Assembly: GCA_963849325.1 (NCBI GenBank)
Contig: CAWKHF010000012.1
Location: 1,248,001 to 1,312,000 of the forward strand
Direction: 5' to 3'
DNA from: an uncultured Planctomycetota bacterium
GTDB taxonomy: Bacteria; Planctomycetota; Planctomycetia; Gemmatales; Gemmataceae
Length of the DNA stretch: 64,000 bases
The notes beneath the pieces are model-generated. The model had not been told where the DNA came from and made no database searches. It saw only the letters and a list, made by a program, of their open reading frames with translations. Shown piece by piece: positions 1 through 10,230 of the stretch (the stretch's first letter is position 1; the number at the start of each line of letters is the position of its first letter). The translations under genes were made by a program, and so were the position numbers.

Positions 1-1
1 C

Positions 2-208
2 CATTCGGTCGCGCGCAAGACCGGCTTCCAGGGCGAAATTGTCTTCCAGACAGACAAACCGGACGGCCAGCCGCGGCGCTGCCTCGACGTGCGCCGGGCC
101 CGCGAACTCCTCGGCTTCGAGGCGACGACGAGCCTCTCCGATGGACTGGACCAGACCATCGCCTGGTATTTGAAGCACTCAAGGAAGGCGCGGCCGGCAG
201 CGGCGTGA
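2..208 (+). CDS. fcl: GDP-L-fucose synthase-like NAD-dependent epimerase, C-terminal fragment (5' end outside window)
   Basis: Manual translation from position 2: HSVARKTGFQGEIVFQTDKPDGQPRRCLDVRRARELLGFEATTSLSDGLDQTIAWY, stop TGA at 206-208. KPDGQPRRCLD is typical of the Fcl/WcaG C-terminus. Confidence 0.8.
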   Translation, partial: HSVARKTGFQGEIVFQTDKPDGQPRRCLDVRRARELLGFEATTSLSDGLDQTIAWYLKHSRKARPAAA

Positions 209-289
209 GCGAAGTCCGCCGTGATTTCGCCGGAGTGGAGAGGGATCGTCAACGGCTGGCGAAGCCGAGCCTGGACGTGGAGAAAGCGA

Positions 290-2578
290 ATGAGCCGACC
301 GGATGGTGTCGAGGAACGAGAAGTGTCCGAGCCGCAACAGGACGAAACGCCGCGCTTGCGTCGGCGGAACGCATTCGCCTGGGCGGCGATCGCCGCCACG
401 ATCGTGCTTCAGTACGGTCTGTTCCGCGAGTTCGCCCTGCGGGAGGTCGTCTGGGCCTATCCCGCCGCGCACGATCAGACGCAGTTCCTCACCGACAGCT
501 ATGACATCTATGAGCAGATCCTGGATAAAGGTCTCGTCCACGGCCTGGGATACGCCCTGCATCTACCGGTGCCCCAGGGAATCATCCTGCACGTCCAGGC
601 CAGTTTGTTCTACCTGGTGATGGGTCCGGGCCGTCTGAGCGCGCTGACGTTGAACTTCTTGTATTTCGCCTTGCTGCAAGCGGTACTGGTGTGGACACTT
701 CGCTGGCTGTCCGGGCGATGGTCGATGGCCCTGGCCGGGCTGGGGCTACTCTTGTGCGCCTTGACGCCGTTCTTCTGGGCCGGCGGGTTGATGGACTTCC
801 GCGCCGACTTCGCGGCCATGTGCCTGTTCGGCGTGCTCTTGTGTCTGGCGATCCGTTCCGGTCTGTTTGTCTCCCGGCCCTGGTCCGCCGTCGTCGCCGC
901 CGCTGCCGCTTACCTCATCCTTTTCCGCATCATCACCGTCGTCTTCCTCGGCGGCATCCTGGGCCTGTTCGTCGCTTTCCTCGTGGTCCGGCTGTGCTGG
1001 CTCCGACGCGACGCCGGTCTGCGGCGAACGGAATGGCGGCGGCTCGCCAACATCGTCCTGGCCAGCGCGATCGTGGGCCTCCTGACGGTGCCTGTCCTCT
1101 GGCAGCAGCGACACCTCCTCAAAAGTTATTACATCAAGGGCCACGGCGCCAGTGAGGAGTCGAGGATCCGCATGCTGGAGACCGGACGCGCCCTGGGGTA
1201 CTATCCTCCGGTCTTGTTGCGCGAGCAGGCGGGACCAGTGTTCGTGAAGCTCGCCGTGCTGGCCCTTCTGTCGGCGGCCCTGCTCAGCTGGCTCCGGCGT
1301 AGCGCTCCGACACGGGCCGGAGAGGAGGGCGGAGGACCGATCCGGCGGTACCGATGGGCCTGGATAGCGGTCCTCGCGGCCGGGATACTGGCCTATCTCG
1401 CCGTCAACGCCACCGAAGACGATACGCCGAGGATGTGGTGGAGCAGCGCGTCGCTGGTCCTGGTCGCCCTGGGACTGGGCCTGTCCCGGCGCTGGGGCCG
1501 CGGCCGAACCGCCACCGTCGGATCGCTGCCGGCAGGGCCGGTCTTTGTATTCCTGGCGCTGTCTTTCGTTCTTCCGGTGGTGGTCCTGACCATTGACCTG
1601 CATCGTTCGCCGGTGGTCGTCAGCGTGGCGATCCCGCCTTTGCTCTTGTTGGTGTTCGCCGCGGTCGCCTGGTTCGCCGGGATCGGCCCGCGAGAGGAAA
1701 GACCACTGCCGGAGGCCGGTCTGCGGGCCTTGGCGGCGGTCGCGGTTATGACCGCCGGCTGGCTGCAACTATCGCAATACTCCCAGCGCTGGAAGATGAC
1801 GCGGAATCGGCAGGACGTGGAGGAAGTGATCCGGCTGCACGATGCCATTGGCACGGCCTGCCAGGAGTACGATATCCGCGCCCCGATGGTGGCGCTGACG
1901 ACCAATCCCGATTACCTGCCGGGACGCATCACTTCCGTGCTCAATTACGAGCGTCAGGGAGTATTTCGCCATATCTCCTCGATCCTCGGAGGGCATTACA
2001 ACGTCACCGAAGCGGAGGCGATGCTGGCGGTACAGCGCTGTAACTTCGCCATCATCACTCGTCCCGACACGGTGACGACGCCCTTCGGTCAGAGCATGTT
2101 GAAATGGATGCCTCAGCTGCGCCAGTACTGCGATCAGCACCTGGTGCGACTCGGCCGCTTCCACATCTTCGGCGACGACGTCCTGCTGTACGTGCGCAAG
2201 CTGTGGACGGAGGGAGACAATGGCGGCTGGATCACCAGTGCCGGCTTCAAGATCAAGGCTCCCGGCTGCGAGCTGCGCTCCGGCAAGGTGCAGCTGTGGG
2301 GAAAGATGATGGGACCCTGGCAGGATGGACTTCCGCTGCCCCGAGCTATGCTCTCGATCTCCGGTCAGTCGCCGCGGATGCTGCCGGCGAAGATCGCCTT
2401 GGAAGGCTCGCTTTACGTACTCACCGTCGATTGCACCAACGCGGTCGTTTCCTCTGATGCCGACGCCGAGCTGCACCTGACCTTCGACCGGCATTTTGTG
2501 CCCAAGGAGCGCGGGATCAACGAGGACACCCGCAAACTGGTGCTGCCAACGCCAATGGAGGTCTTGATTGTACCTTAG
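290..2578 (+). CDS. Polytopic membrane protein, putative GT-C-fold (ArnT/PMT-like) glycosyltransferase with C-terminal soluble domain
   Basis: ORF 221..2578 (start uncertain, ATG at 290). Many TM helices, acidic first-loop motif (YPAAHDQ) and DFRAD motif, located in a glycosyltransferase locus. Confidence 0.6.
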   Translation: MSRPDGVEEREVSEPQQDETPRLRRRNAFAWAAIAATIVLQYGLFREFALREVVWAYPAAHDQTQFLTDSYDIYEQILDKGLVHGLGYALHLPVPQGIILHVQASLFYLVMGPGRLSALTLNFLYFALLQAVLVWTLRWLSGRWSMALAGLGLLLCALTPFFWAGGLMDFRADFAAMCLFGVLLCLAIRSGLFVSRPWSAVVAAAAAYLILFRIITVVFLGGILGLFVAFLVVRLCWLRRDAGLRRTEWRRLANIVLASAIVGLLTVPVLWQQRHLLKSYYIKGHGASEESRIRMLETGRALGYYPPVLLREQAGPVFVKLAVLALLSAALLSWLRRSAPTRAGEEGGGPIRRYRWAWIAVLAAGILAYLAVNATEDDTPRMWWSSASLVLVALGLGLSRRWGRGRTATVGSLPAGPVFVFLALSFVLPVVVLTIDLHRSPVVVSVAIPPLLLLVFAAVAWFAGIGPREERPLPEAGLRALAAVAVMTAGWLQLSQYSQRWKMTRNRQDVEEVIRLHDAIGTACQEYDIRAPMVALTTNPDYLPGRITSVLNYERQGVFRHISSILGGHYNVTEAEAMLAVQRCNFAIITRPDTVTTPFGQSMLKWMPQLRQYCDQHLVRLGRFHIFGDDVLLYVRKLWTEGDNGGWITSAGFKIKAPGCELRSGKVQLWGKMMGPWQDGLPLPRAMLSISGQSPRMLPAKIALEGSLYVLTVDCTNAVVSSDADAELHLTFDRHFVPKERGINEDTRKLVLPTPMEVLIVP

Positions 2579-4403
2579 AGCGCGTGAACAATACCTGGCG
2601 AGCGGAGAGTGTCAGCCCCCTGTTGCCTGCGAGAACAGGGGGCTGACGCCCCCCGCTCGCCGGGCTACCGCCTTTTGGGCCTGGGGCGCGATCGTCCTGG
2701 CCCTTGTGCTCCAATATGCTCTCTTCCGCCAGTACGCGCTCCGCGAGGTCGTCTGGTCCTACCCGGCCTCCCACGATCAGACGTTCTATTTGAGCATCAG
2801 CTACGACACCTACGAGCACATTCTCAACGACGGTCTGTTCGAGGGATTGAAGTACGGCTTCAGCCGGCGCGCTCCGGCCGGGATGGTCCTGCACGTGCAA
2901 GCGTCCCTGCTGTACCTGATTCTGGGTCCGGGCCGTCTGAGCGCCTTGACGGTGAATTTCCTGTACTTCGCGTTGTTGCAGGGAGTGCTGGCCTGGACGC
3001 TGCGTTGGCTGTCCGGGCGGTGGTCGGTGGCGCTGGTGGGGCTGGGATTGCTGTTGTGTAGCTTGACGCCGTTTTTCTGGGCCGGCAGCCTGATCGATTT
3101 CCGCATCGACTTCGCGGCCATGTGCCTGTTCGGCGTGCTCCTGTCTTTGACCGTCCGCTCCAGCCTGTTCGCCTCGCGCGGCTGGTCCGTCGTCGTCGGC
3201 GTCACGGCTGCCGGCCTCATCCTTGTGCGTTTCATCACGGTGGTGTACCTGACCGGAGTCATGGGCCTTTTCGTGGCCTTGCTCGTGCTCCGGTTGGGAT
3301 GGCCGTGGCGCGATCCGGTCTCGCGGCGGAAGGAATGGCGGCGGTTGGGCCACATCGGACTGGCGGTCGTGGTCGTGGCGGTGGTGGCGGGGCCGGTCCT
3401 GTGGTGGCGCGCGGACTTGCTGCGCTCCTATTACGTAATTGGCCACCTTACCGGAGAGGAAAAGTACATTCGCGTGCTCATGTACGGCTACGATCGGCTC
3501 TACTATCCGCGCTCTTTACTTCGAGACCACGCCGGCCCGACGTTCGTAGTTGTGACGGTGGTCTCCGTGCTGATCGCGGGCGCGCTCGCCGTGGTCCGGC
3601 GGTGGACCGCCCTCCCGGCCAGCGCGACGCCATCCCAACGACACCTACTCCCACCCGTCGGCCTGACGATCGCCTTCACCTCGTTGACGCTGCTGGTGCC
3701 AATGATCGTCCTCACCATCGACATGCACCGCTCTCCCGTGACCGGGGAAATCATGCTGGTCCCGTTGGTCTGGCTGGTGATGCTCGTCGTGGCCGCCCTC
3801 GCCGGCTCGTCGGATACGGGGGGCCGGCCACGGGTCGAATACAGCCTGGCGGCGCTGGTCGGCGTTGCTTTCGTGATGGCGGGGCTTACCCGCGTCGCAC
3901 AAGTCGGTCAGCACTGGAAAATGACCCGCGAACGTCCCAACATGGAGAAACTACTCGCTCTTCACGACCTGATCGGCCAGGCGATGCGCGATCGCGGCAT
4001 GCAGCACGCCTTCGCCCTCAGCACGTCCAACGCCGACTACTTGACGTTCGAGGCTACCGAGGCGCTGGTCTACGAGCGCCAAGGGTTCTACTGTTCGTTC
4101 GAGTCCTACCTGCGGCAGCTCTCCGCCGTCTCCGAAGACCAGGCCCTCGCCGCCCTGGGGCGCAGCCAAGTCGTTGTTCTGGCTCCCCCCGAGCGCGTGC
4201 AGACGCCGTTCGACCAGTCGATGGTGCAGCTGTTGCCTCGACTGCGCGATTACTGCGAGACCCATTTGGAACATTTGCAGACCTTCCAAGTCTTCGGCAG
4301 GGACATCGCCGTCTACATCCGAAACAACTCCGCCGGCCGACCGGGACCGAAGCCCGGACCCGGTCGGCCGGCGGCCGGGACGTCCGTGTCCCGCGCCGAC
4401 TGA
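2568..4403 (+). CDS. Polytopic membrane protein, tandem paralog of the upstream gene (putative GT-C)
   Basis: Shares ALREVVWxYPAxHDQT, LHVQASLxYLxxGPGRLSALT, WTLRWLSGRWS and DFAAMCLFGVLL with the preceding ORF. Start uncertain. Confidence 0.6.
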   Translation: MYLRAREQYLASGECQPPVACENRGLTPPARRATAFWAWGAIVLALVLQYALFRQYALREVVWSYPASHDQTFYLSISYDTYEHILNDGLFEGLKYGFSRRAPAGMVLHVQASLLYLILGPGRLSALTVNFLYFALLQGVLAWTLRWLSGRWSVALVGLGLLLCSLTPFFWAGSLIDFRIDFAAMCLFGVLLSLTVRSSLFASRGWSVVVGVTAAGLILVRFITVVYLTGVMGLFVALLVLRLGWPWRDPVSRRKEWRRLGHIGLAVVVVAVVAGPVLWWRADLLRSYYVIGHLTGEEKYIRVLMYGYDRLYYPRSLLRDHAGPTFVVVTVVSVLIAGALAVVRRWTALPASATPSQRHLLPPVGLTIAFTSLTLLVPMIVLTIDMHRSPVTGEIMLVPLVWLVMLVVAALAGSSDTGGRPRVEYSLAALVGVAFVMAGLTRVAQVGQHWKMTRERPNMEKLLALHDLIGQAMRDRGMQHAFALSTSNADYLTFEATEALVYERQGFYCSFESYLRQLSAVSEDQALAALGRSQVVVLAPPERVQTPFDQSMVQLLPRLRDYCETHLEHLQTFQVFGRDIAVYIRNNSAGRPGPKPGPGRPAAGTSVSRAD

Positions 4404-4446
4404 TCCGCCATCCTATTTCTTTCCGGAATCGAGAGGGGACAACGCC

Positions 4447-7400
4447 ATGCCCGCGCCAGACCGCCGAGACGACGCCCTTTCCCCGGCCGACTCCCCCGTC
4501 TTGCCGCGAATCAGTGTCGTGGTGCCGTCGTACAACCAGGGTCATTTTCTGCCCGAGTGTCTGGAGAGCATCTTCCGGCAGAATTATCCCGACCTGGAAG
4601 TGGTGGTGATGGATGGTGGCTCCCGCGATGACAGCGTGGACGTGATCCGCTCGTATGCGCCGCGCCTGAAGCACTGGCAGAGCGAACGCGACGACGGCCA
4701 ATCGGCGGCCATCAACGGCGGCGTCAAGCACTGCACCGGCGAACTGGTGGCCTGGCTCAACTCCGACGACTTCTATTGGGGCGACGCCCTGTGGACGGCC
4801 GGCCGCGCCTGGGCCGCCTACCCTCGCCGCGGCCTGTACATCGGCAACGGCCTGCGCTATGACCAGCGCACGCGACAATACACTCCGTTCCTACCTCGAC
4901 ACGTCGCCCTGGATCGCGCCGCCCTCCGCGACGGGCCGGATTACATTTTGCAGCCCTCGACCTTTTTCGGACGACAAGCATGGCAGGAGGTTGGCGGACT
5001 CGATCCGGATCTCCGTTTTTGCATGGACTGGGACCTCTTTCTCCGCATCGGCCAGCGCTATCCCGCCGTGCTCATCAACGAGTTCCTGGGCGTCAGCCGC
5101 GAATACGAGGAGACCAAAACGCGCAGCGGCAAGACGACGCGGGCCATCGAAATCATTCGGATGGTTCAGCGCCATACGCAGGTCGAACTCACGTTCGGCG
5201 CCCTGTCCTACCTGCTGGAGACGCTGCTGGGCGGCGCTGCCGGAACAACTACCCGGCGTCTGCGCGGACACTTGATGCATAGCTTGTACGCGACCACGGG
5301 GTCGTTCTATCACCGCTTCGGCGATGGCCACTGGTCGGCCTGTTACGGCGATGGCCAGGACGACACGTATCTGCCCATCGCCGGCCCCGGCCAACTCCAT
5401 CCGCCGCGCCCGGCCTCCGCGCCGCCATTGCCGTCCTTCAGTATCGTCATTCCGTCCGGCGACGATGGCGTCGCCCTCGAACAGACGCTGGCGAGCGTCT
5501 TGAACCAGGATTACCCGCGTCTGGAAGTGCTGGTCGTCGAACGAGGGTCCGCGGACGGCCTGCCGGATCTGCGCGACCGATACGCGGATCGCCTTACCTG
5601 GCTCCGGTGCCCCGCCGAGGGAAGGGACGTCCAGGCCATCAACCAGGGTTTGGCCGCTGCTGGCGGCGACATCCTGGCCTGGCTGCACCCCGGCGACCTG
5701 CTGGCCGTCGGCGCCTTGCGCGCGGCGGGGGAGGCGTTCGCCTCCGACGGCAAGGTGGGATTGCTTTACGGCAATGCCGTCTTTCTCGATCCCCACGGCC
5801 GGCCCGCGCTGGCCGATCTACACTCCTGCCGCACCGCCTTCTGGATCGGGCGATTGGAAGCGAACGGCCGGGCGCCGGTTTACGACACGGAAGAGTATCA
5901 CGTCCCTCAGCCGACCCTTTGCTTCCGTCGCGGCCTCCTCGAAAAGTACGGTGGACTGGACGAATCGTATTCGCACATCTTCGCCTATGAATGGGTCAAG
6001 CGTCTGGCGGAGCGAACGCGCGTTCGCAAGCTGGAACGTACGCAAGCTTTCATCCGCCTCGGGACCAAGGAAGCCCCTGGTGAGTGGGACGCGATTCTGG
6101 CCGAGCTGTACCGTTTCAGCCGGCCGCGTTGGCCGGGACTCTTTTCCCGTGAGTTCTTCGCGGTCCTGACGCGCTACGTAGGCGGCTACATGCACCGGAA
6201 GTTCAATGGGCGGCCGCGCGATCTGTCTTCCTGGGCCGCCTGCGCAATGGTGACGCTGTCCACCTTGACGCGGCTAGGCAATCCCGAGCGTTGGTGGCGC
6301 GGCCGATTCTGGACGCCGCCCTGGGGCGCGCCGCCGCTGCATCTACCGCTGCCGTCGGTTCAAATCCGACCCTCGCTGCCCCTGGTGCGCAGGGAGGAGT
6401 TACCGCTCCGCGAGGGCACGAACTTTCGGGCTGCTGTGTGCATGTCGCGGCTGCCCCTCTATCCCGGTCGATCCGGCAGTGAGGCCCGTGCCTATCAGAT
6501 CGTGCGCCATCTGCTGCGCTTCACCACGTTGACGTTTTTCACCCAGCACGGCGCGCCGTCCGAACCGCCTGCCGGCGTGAGCGTCCCGGACGTGGACGTC
6601 CTGCACACGCCCGAGACCCTCTGGAAACAGCGACCCGACCTCGTCCGGCCCGCCCTGCTCAAGAAACGGTTGCATGGCCGCATCGCCTCCGGTTTGCGCC
6701 GCCTGAAAATCCCGGTCCCTGGACCGCGCAATCCCCTCGCCGTCACCAAGCAATTCCACATCGTCCGCGCCCACTGCACCCTGGCCGTCCAGGCCGCTCT
6801 CGACCGCGAGTCGTCCCGACCCGATTTCCTCTTTGTCGCCGATCAGACCAACCCCCTGGCCCTGACGCTCAACACGCGCGAGCGGCCGGCGCGACTGGTC
6901 CTCATCTCGCACAACGTCGAAGCGCAGCGCGTCCGCCGTGAGGCGAAGAGTCAGCGCGGCTTCCTTCATCTGGGCATGCGCTGGGAGGCGGCGCGAGCGC
7001 GGCGGTACGAGAGGAAGAACCTCTCTCGCTATGACGGCCTGATCGTCGCCGGCGAGGAGGACCGCCGCCGTTACGTCGCCGACTACGGCGTCCCCGACGA
7101 ACGCATCCTCGTTGTCGGCCGAGGCGTGGACCTCGACTACTGGAGCGCCTTGCCGCGCCAGCCGGAGCCTGGCGTCGTCGTCTTCGTGGGCGACCTGGGC
7201 GTGGCGGACAATCGACTGGCCGTCCGCCGCCTGCTGCGCGAGATCCTGCCGCGCGTCCGCCGGCGCCTTCCCGAGACACGCTGCTGGGTCGTCAATCCGG
7301 GTTCTCCCGCTGTGCTGGGCATCGGCGAGGACACCCGCACACAAATCCTCCACCGCGTCGAGGACGCGCGGCCCTACCTGGCACGGGCGACCGTCGCCTG

Positions 7401-7761
7401 CCTGCCGCTCCTTTCCGCCGTGGATGGGACGGTCCTGGAGACGATGGCGGCTGGGACTCCCGTGGTATGTACGCCCGAGGGAGTCGATGGTCTCTCTCTC
7501 CAGGCCGGCGAGCATTTTCTGTGTGGCCGACATCGGCATGAGCTGGCCGCTGCCGTCGAACGCTTGCTGACCGATGTCGCTTTCGCCGAAAAAATGGCGA
7601 CCCGAGCGCGTCAGCGGGTCGCGCGCGTTCACTCCGGGGAGGCTCACCTTGCCGGCCTGCGCGCCTGGCTCGAACGGATCGCCGACATGCCGCGCCGCCG
7701 TGGGGCGAAGCCCGGTCGCACGGAGACAGACGACAACTTGGCCGCGCCGAAGGCGGCGTGA
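4447..7761 (+). CDS. Multidomain glycosyltransferase (GT2 + second GT2-like domain + GT4/GT-B domain)
   Basis: RBS GAGGGG before ATG 4447. First GT2: ISVVVPSYNQG...DGGSRD...WLNSDD. Second: FSIVIP...SVLNQDYP...WLHPGD. C-terminal GT-B: LETMAAGTPVV. Confidence 0.85.
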   Translation: MPAPDRRDDALSPADSPVLPRISVVVPSYNQGHFLPECLESIFRQNYPDLEVVVMDGGSRDDSVDVIRSYAPRLKHWQSERDDGQSAAINGGVKHCTGELVAWLNSDDFYWGDALWTAGRAWAAYPRRGLYIGNGLRYDQRTRQYTPFLPRHVALDRAALRDGPDYILQPSTFFGRQAWQEVGGLDPDLRFCMDWDLFLRIGQRYPAVLINEFLGVSREYEETKTRSGKTTRAIEIIRMVQRHTQVELTFGALSYLLETLLGGAAGTTTRRLRGHLMHSLYATTGSFYHRFGDGHWSACYGDGQDDTYLPIAGPGQLHPPRPASAPPLPSFSIVIPSGDDGVALEQTLASVLNQDYPRLEVLVVERGSADGLPDLRDRYADRLTWLRCPAEGRDVQAINQGLAAAGGDILAWLHPGDLLAVGALRAAGEAFASDGKVGLLYGNAVFLDPHGRPALADLHSCRTAFWIGRLEANGRAPVYDTEEYHVPQPTLCFRRGLLEKYGGLDESYSHIFAYEWVKRLAERTRVRKLERTQAFIRLGTKEAPGEWDAILAELYRFSRPRWPGLFSREFFAVLTRYVGGYMHRKFNGRPRDLSSWAACAMVTLSTLTRLGNPERWWRGRFWTPPWGAPPLHLPLPSVQIRPSLPLVRREELPLREGTNFRAAVCMSRLPLYPGRSGSEARAYQIVRHLLRFTTLTFFTQHGAPSEPPAGVSVPDVDVLHTPETLWKQRPDLVRPALLKKRLHGRIASGLRRLKIPVPGPRNPLAVTKQFHIVRAHCTLAVQAALDRESSRPDFLFVADQTNPLALTLNTRERPARLVLISHNVEAQRVRREAKSQRGFLHLGMRWEAARARRYERKNLSRYDGLIVAGEEDRRRYVADYGVPDERILVVGRGVDLDYWSALPRQPEPGVVVFVGDLGVADNRLAVRRLLREILPRVRRRLPETRCWVVNPGSPAVLGIGEDTRTQILHRVEDARPYLARATVACLPLLSAVDGTVLETMAAGTPVVCTPEGVDGLSLQAGEHFLCGRHRHELAAAVERLLTDVAFAEKMATRARQRVARVHSGEAHLAGLRAWLERIADMPRRRGAKPGRTETDDNLAAPKAA

Positions 7762-7796
7762 TCCGGCAATCCAAGTCCCCAACCCGCGAGGCGGCG

Positions 7797-8687
7797 ATGG
7801 AACTCGTCTCGATCGTCACGCCCTCTTACAATCAGGGACGGTTCTTGCGGCGCACCATTGACAGCGTTCTCCATCAGACCTATCCGCACATCGAATACGT
7901 CGTGATTGATGGTGGTTCGCGGGACGAATCGGTGGCGATCCTTCAGTCGTATGGCGATCGCTTCGCGTGGGTCTCGGAGCAGGACCGGGGGCAGACAGAC
8001 GCCATCAACAAGGGCTTCGCTCGCACGCATGGCGACATCCGGGCCTATCTCAATTCCGACGACGTGCTCTTGCCGCACGCGGTCGAACAGGCCGTCGCCC
8101 ACTTCCGCCGGCATCCGGATTGGGACATGGTCTATGGCCGCGCCGACTACATTGACGAGCGGGACCGCGTCATCGGCGACTATGCGACGGCGGACTATTC
8201 CTTCCCGCGTCTAATGAGGGACTGCTGCGTCTGCCAGCCGGCGGCGTTCTGGCGCAGCCGTATCGCCCAGCGAGTCGGGCCTTTCGACGACCGGCTGCAC
8301 TACGCCATGGATTACGATTACTGGCTGCGCATCGATCGCGCGGGCGGGCGGATTGAGCACGTGCCGGAAACGCTGGCCTGCTCCCGGCTCTACCCGGAGA
8401 CGAAAACACTGTCGGCGCGGCGAGAAATATACCGCGAGATCTTTGCGGTATGTCAGCGGCACGGCGGCTACGTGGATCGGCACTTTTTTTACGGACTCTG
8501 GCATCACCTCTGTGAGGAGCGCGATCGGGGACTGGCTCGCCATCTGGCCGGGTGTCCGCGGCTGCGCGAGGCGGCCGTATCCCTGCACTACCGCTGGTGG
8601 CACCGGCGGCAGTATTCGTTTCGACGGATCTTATTGGGTGCCGGACGGCGACTCCGACAGTATTGCGCCGGCAAGAAAGATTCTTAA
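7797..8687 (+). CDS. Glycosyltransferase family 2
   Basis: VSIVTPSYNQG, DGGSRD, YLNSDD, CQPAAF, AMDYDYW motifs. Confidence 0.9.
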   Translation: MELVSIVTPSYNQGRFLRRTIDSVLHQTYPHIEYVVIDGGSRDESVAILQSYGDRFAWVSEQDRGQTDAINKGFARTHGDIRAYLNSDDVLLPHAVEQAVAHFRRHPDWDMVYGRADYIDERDRVIGDYATADYSFPRLMRDCCVCQPAAFWRSRIAQRVGPFDDRLHYAMDYDYWLRIDRAGGRIEHVPETLACSRLYPETKTLSARREIYREIFAVCQRHGGYVDRHFFYGLWHHLCEERDRGLARHLAGCPRLREAAVSLHYRWWHRRQYSFRRILLGAGRRLRQYCAGKKDS

Positions 8688-8745
8688 CCACGGATAACAC
8701 GGATAAGAAAGACAGCGAGGCTGTCTTATCCGTGTTATCCGTGGT
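8687..8745. repeat. Palindromic element, family A (tandem CACGGATAA units in inverted arms)
   Basis: ACCACGGATAACACGGATAAG...CTTATCCGTGTTATCCGTGGT between convergent genes; abuts the TAA of the GT2 gene. Confidence 0.85.
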
Positions 8746-8786
8746 CCATTTTTTGTGCGCTGATTTTCGTGCAATGGAAGCGCTCG

Positions 8787-10226
8787 TCAGGCAAGAATTT
8801 GTTTCACCACCTCGCCGGACACGTCGGTCAAGCGAAAGTCACGACCTTGTGATCGGTACGTCAGCCTTTCGTGATCGATCCCCATCAAGTGGAGGATGGT
8901 GGCGTGAAGGTCGTGGACATGGACCGGGTCAGTGACGACGTTGAAACCAAACTCATCGGTCTCTCCGTGTGTGTGTCCTCCCTTGACGCCGCCGCCCGCC
9001 AGCCACATGGTAAAGCATTTATTGTGATGGTCCCGGCCGGGATCGTCCTTCAGATCCTGGGCCACCGGAGACCGCCCAAACTCTCCGCCCCAGACGACCA
9101 GGGTATCTTCCAGCAGTCCGCGGCGTTTCAAGTCGATCAATAAGGCGGCCGTCCCCTGATCGACCTGGGCGGCCGTTTGGGGAATCGTTTTTTTGATCTG
9201 GTAGTGATGGTCCCAATCGAGGTGGATGAGTTGCACGATCCGGACACCGGCCTCGGATAGACGCCGAGCCAGCAAACAATTGGCCGCATAGGAACCATCG
9301 TAGCCTCCGATCCCATACAGTTTGAGCGTGTCGGCCGTCTCGTTGGAAAGATCGGCGATACTCGGGACGCTCATCTGCATCCGAAACGCGGTTTCATATT
9401 GCATGATGTGCGTCGCCACTTCCGGGTCGTTGGCGGCGTAAGGGGAAAGCCGATCGAGATCTTGGACCGCCCGCACGGCGTCCTGCTGATCGTCGCGAGT
9501 CACTCCTTTCAAATTACCCAGGTAATGCACGGTGTCGCCTTTCGAGCGGAAATGAACTCCCTGGAGGCGTGTAGGAAGGAAACCGTTGCTCCACAGTTCC
9601 TTGTTCAGGGGATGTCCTCCCTGGACGGCACGCAGCACCACGAATCCAGGCAAGTTATCACTCTCGCTGCCCAATCCGTACCACAACCAGGAACCCAGGC
9701 ACGGCCGTCCGGCAACCACCGATCCCGTACTCATCATCGTGTGGGCTAGGTCGTGAACGAAACTGTCCGTCTTGAGGGAGCGGACGATACAGAGATCGTC
9801 CGCGACGCCGGCCAGGTGTGGAAAGAGGTTTGTCATGTACAGACCGGATTTGCCGCAACGCCGGAAGGGGAAGAGAGGGCCCACACAGCGATTGGTGCTC
9901 CGGCCATTGGGCGAAAGGGGCTGTCCATTCAGGATCGAGGTCGGGAGAGGCTTTCCGTGCATCTGTGCCAAGGTCGGCTTGGGATCGAAGGTCTCCAGGT
10001 GAGAGGGGCCGCCCGCCATGTACAGGTAAATAATTCGCTTGGCCCTCGGTCGATGGTGTGGTGGATTGACATTCTCCGACATCTGGCCGACCGTCGATTC
10101 GGTAGTCGTGGCGAAGAGATCCCGGTTCAGCAAGGCGGACAGTGCCAAGTATCCCATGCCGCTCGCCGCACGAGCGAGAAACATGCGACGGGCCTGCCTC
10201 CAGGCGATCGTGTTGGCGGCGTTCAT
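8787..10226 (-). CDS. DUF1501 domain protein (planctomycete, alkaline-phosphatase/sulfatase-like)
   Basis: Tat-like RRMFL leader, [48 protein letters not shown]. Confidence 0.9.
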   Translation of the reverse strand: MNAANTIAWRQARRMFLARAASGMGYLALSALLNRDLFATTTESTVGQMSENVNPPHHRPRAKRIIYLYMAGGPSHLETFDPKPTLAQMHGKPLPTSILNGQPLSPNGRSTNRCVGPLFPFRRCGKSGLYMTNLFPHLAGVADDLCIVRSLKTDSFVHDLAHTMMSTGSVVAGRPCLGSWLWYGLGSESDNLPGFVVLRAVQGGHPLNKELWSNGFLPTRLQGVHFRSKGDTVHYLGNLKGVTRDDQQDAVRAVQDLDRLSPYAANDPEVATHIMQYETAFRMQMSVPSIADLSNETADTLKLYGIGGYDGSYAANCLLARRLSEAGVRIVQLIHLDWDHHYQIKKTIPQTAAQVDQGTAALLIDLKRRGLLEDTLVVWGGEFGRSPVAQDLKDDPGRDHHNKCFTMWLAGGGVKGGHTHGETDEFGFNVVTDPVHVHDLHATILHLMGIDHERLTYRSQGRDFRLTDVSGEVVKQILA

Positions 10227-10230
10227 GCTT

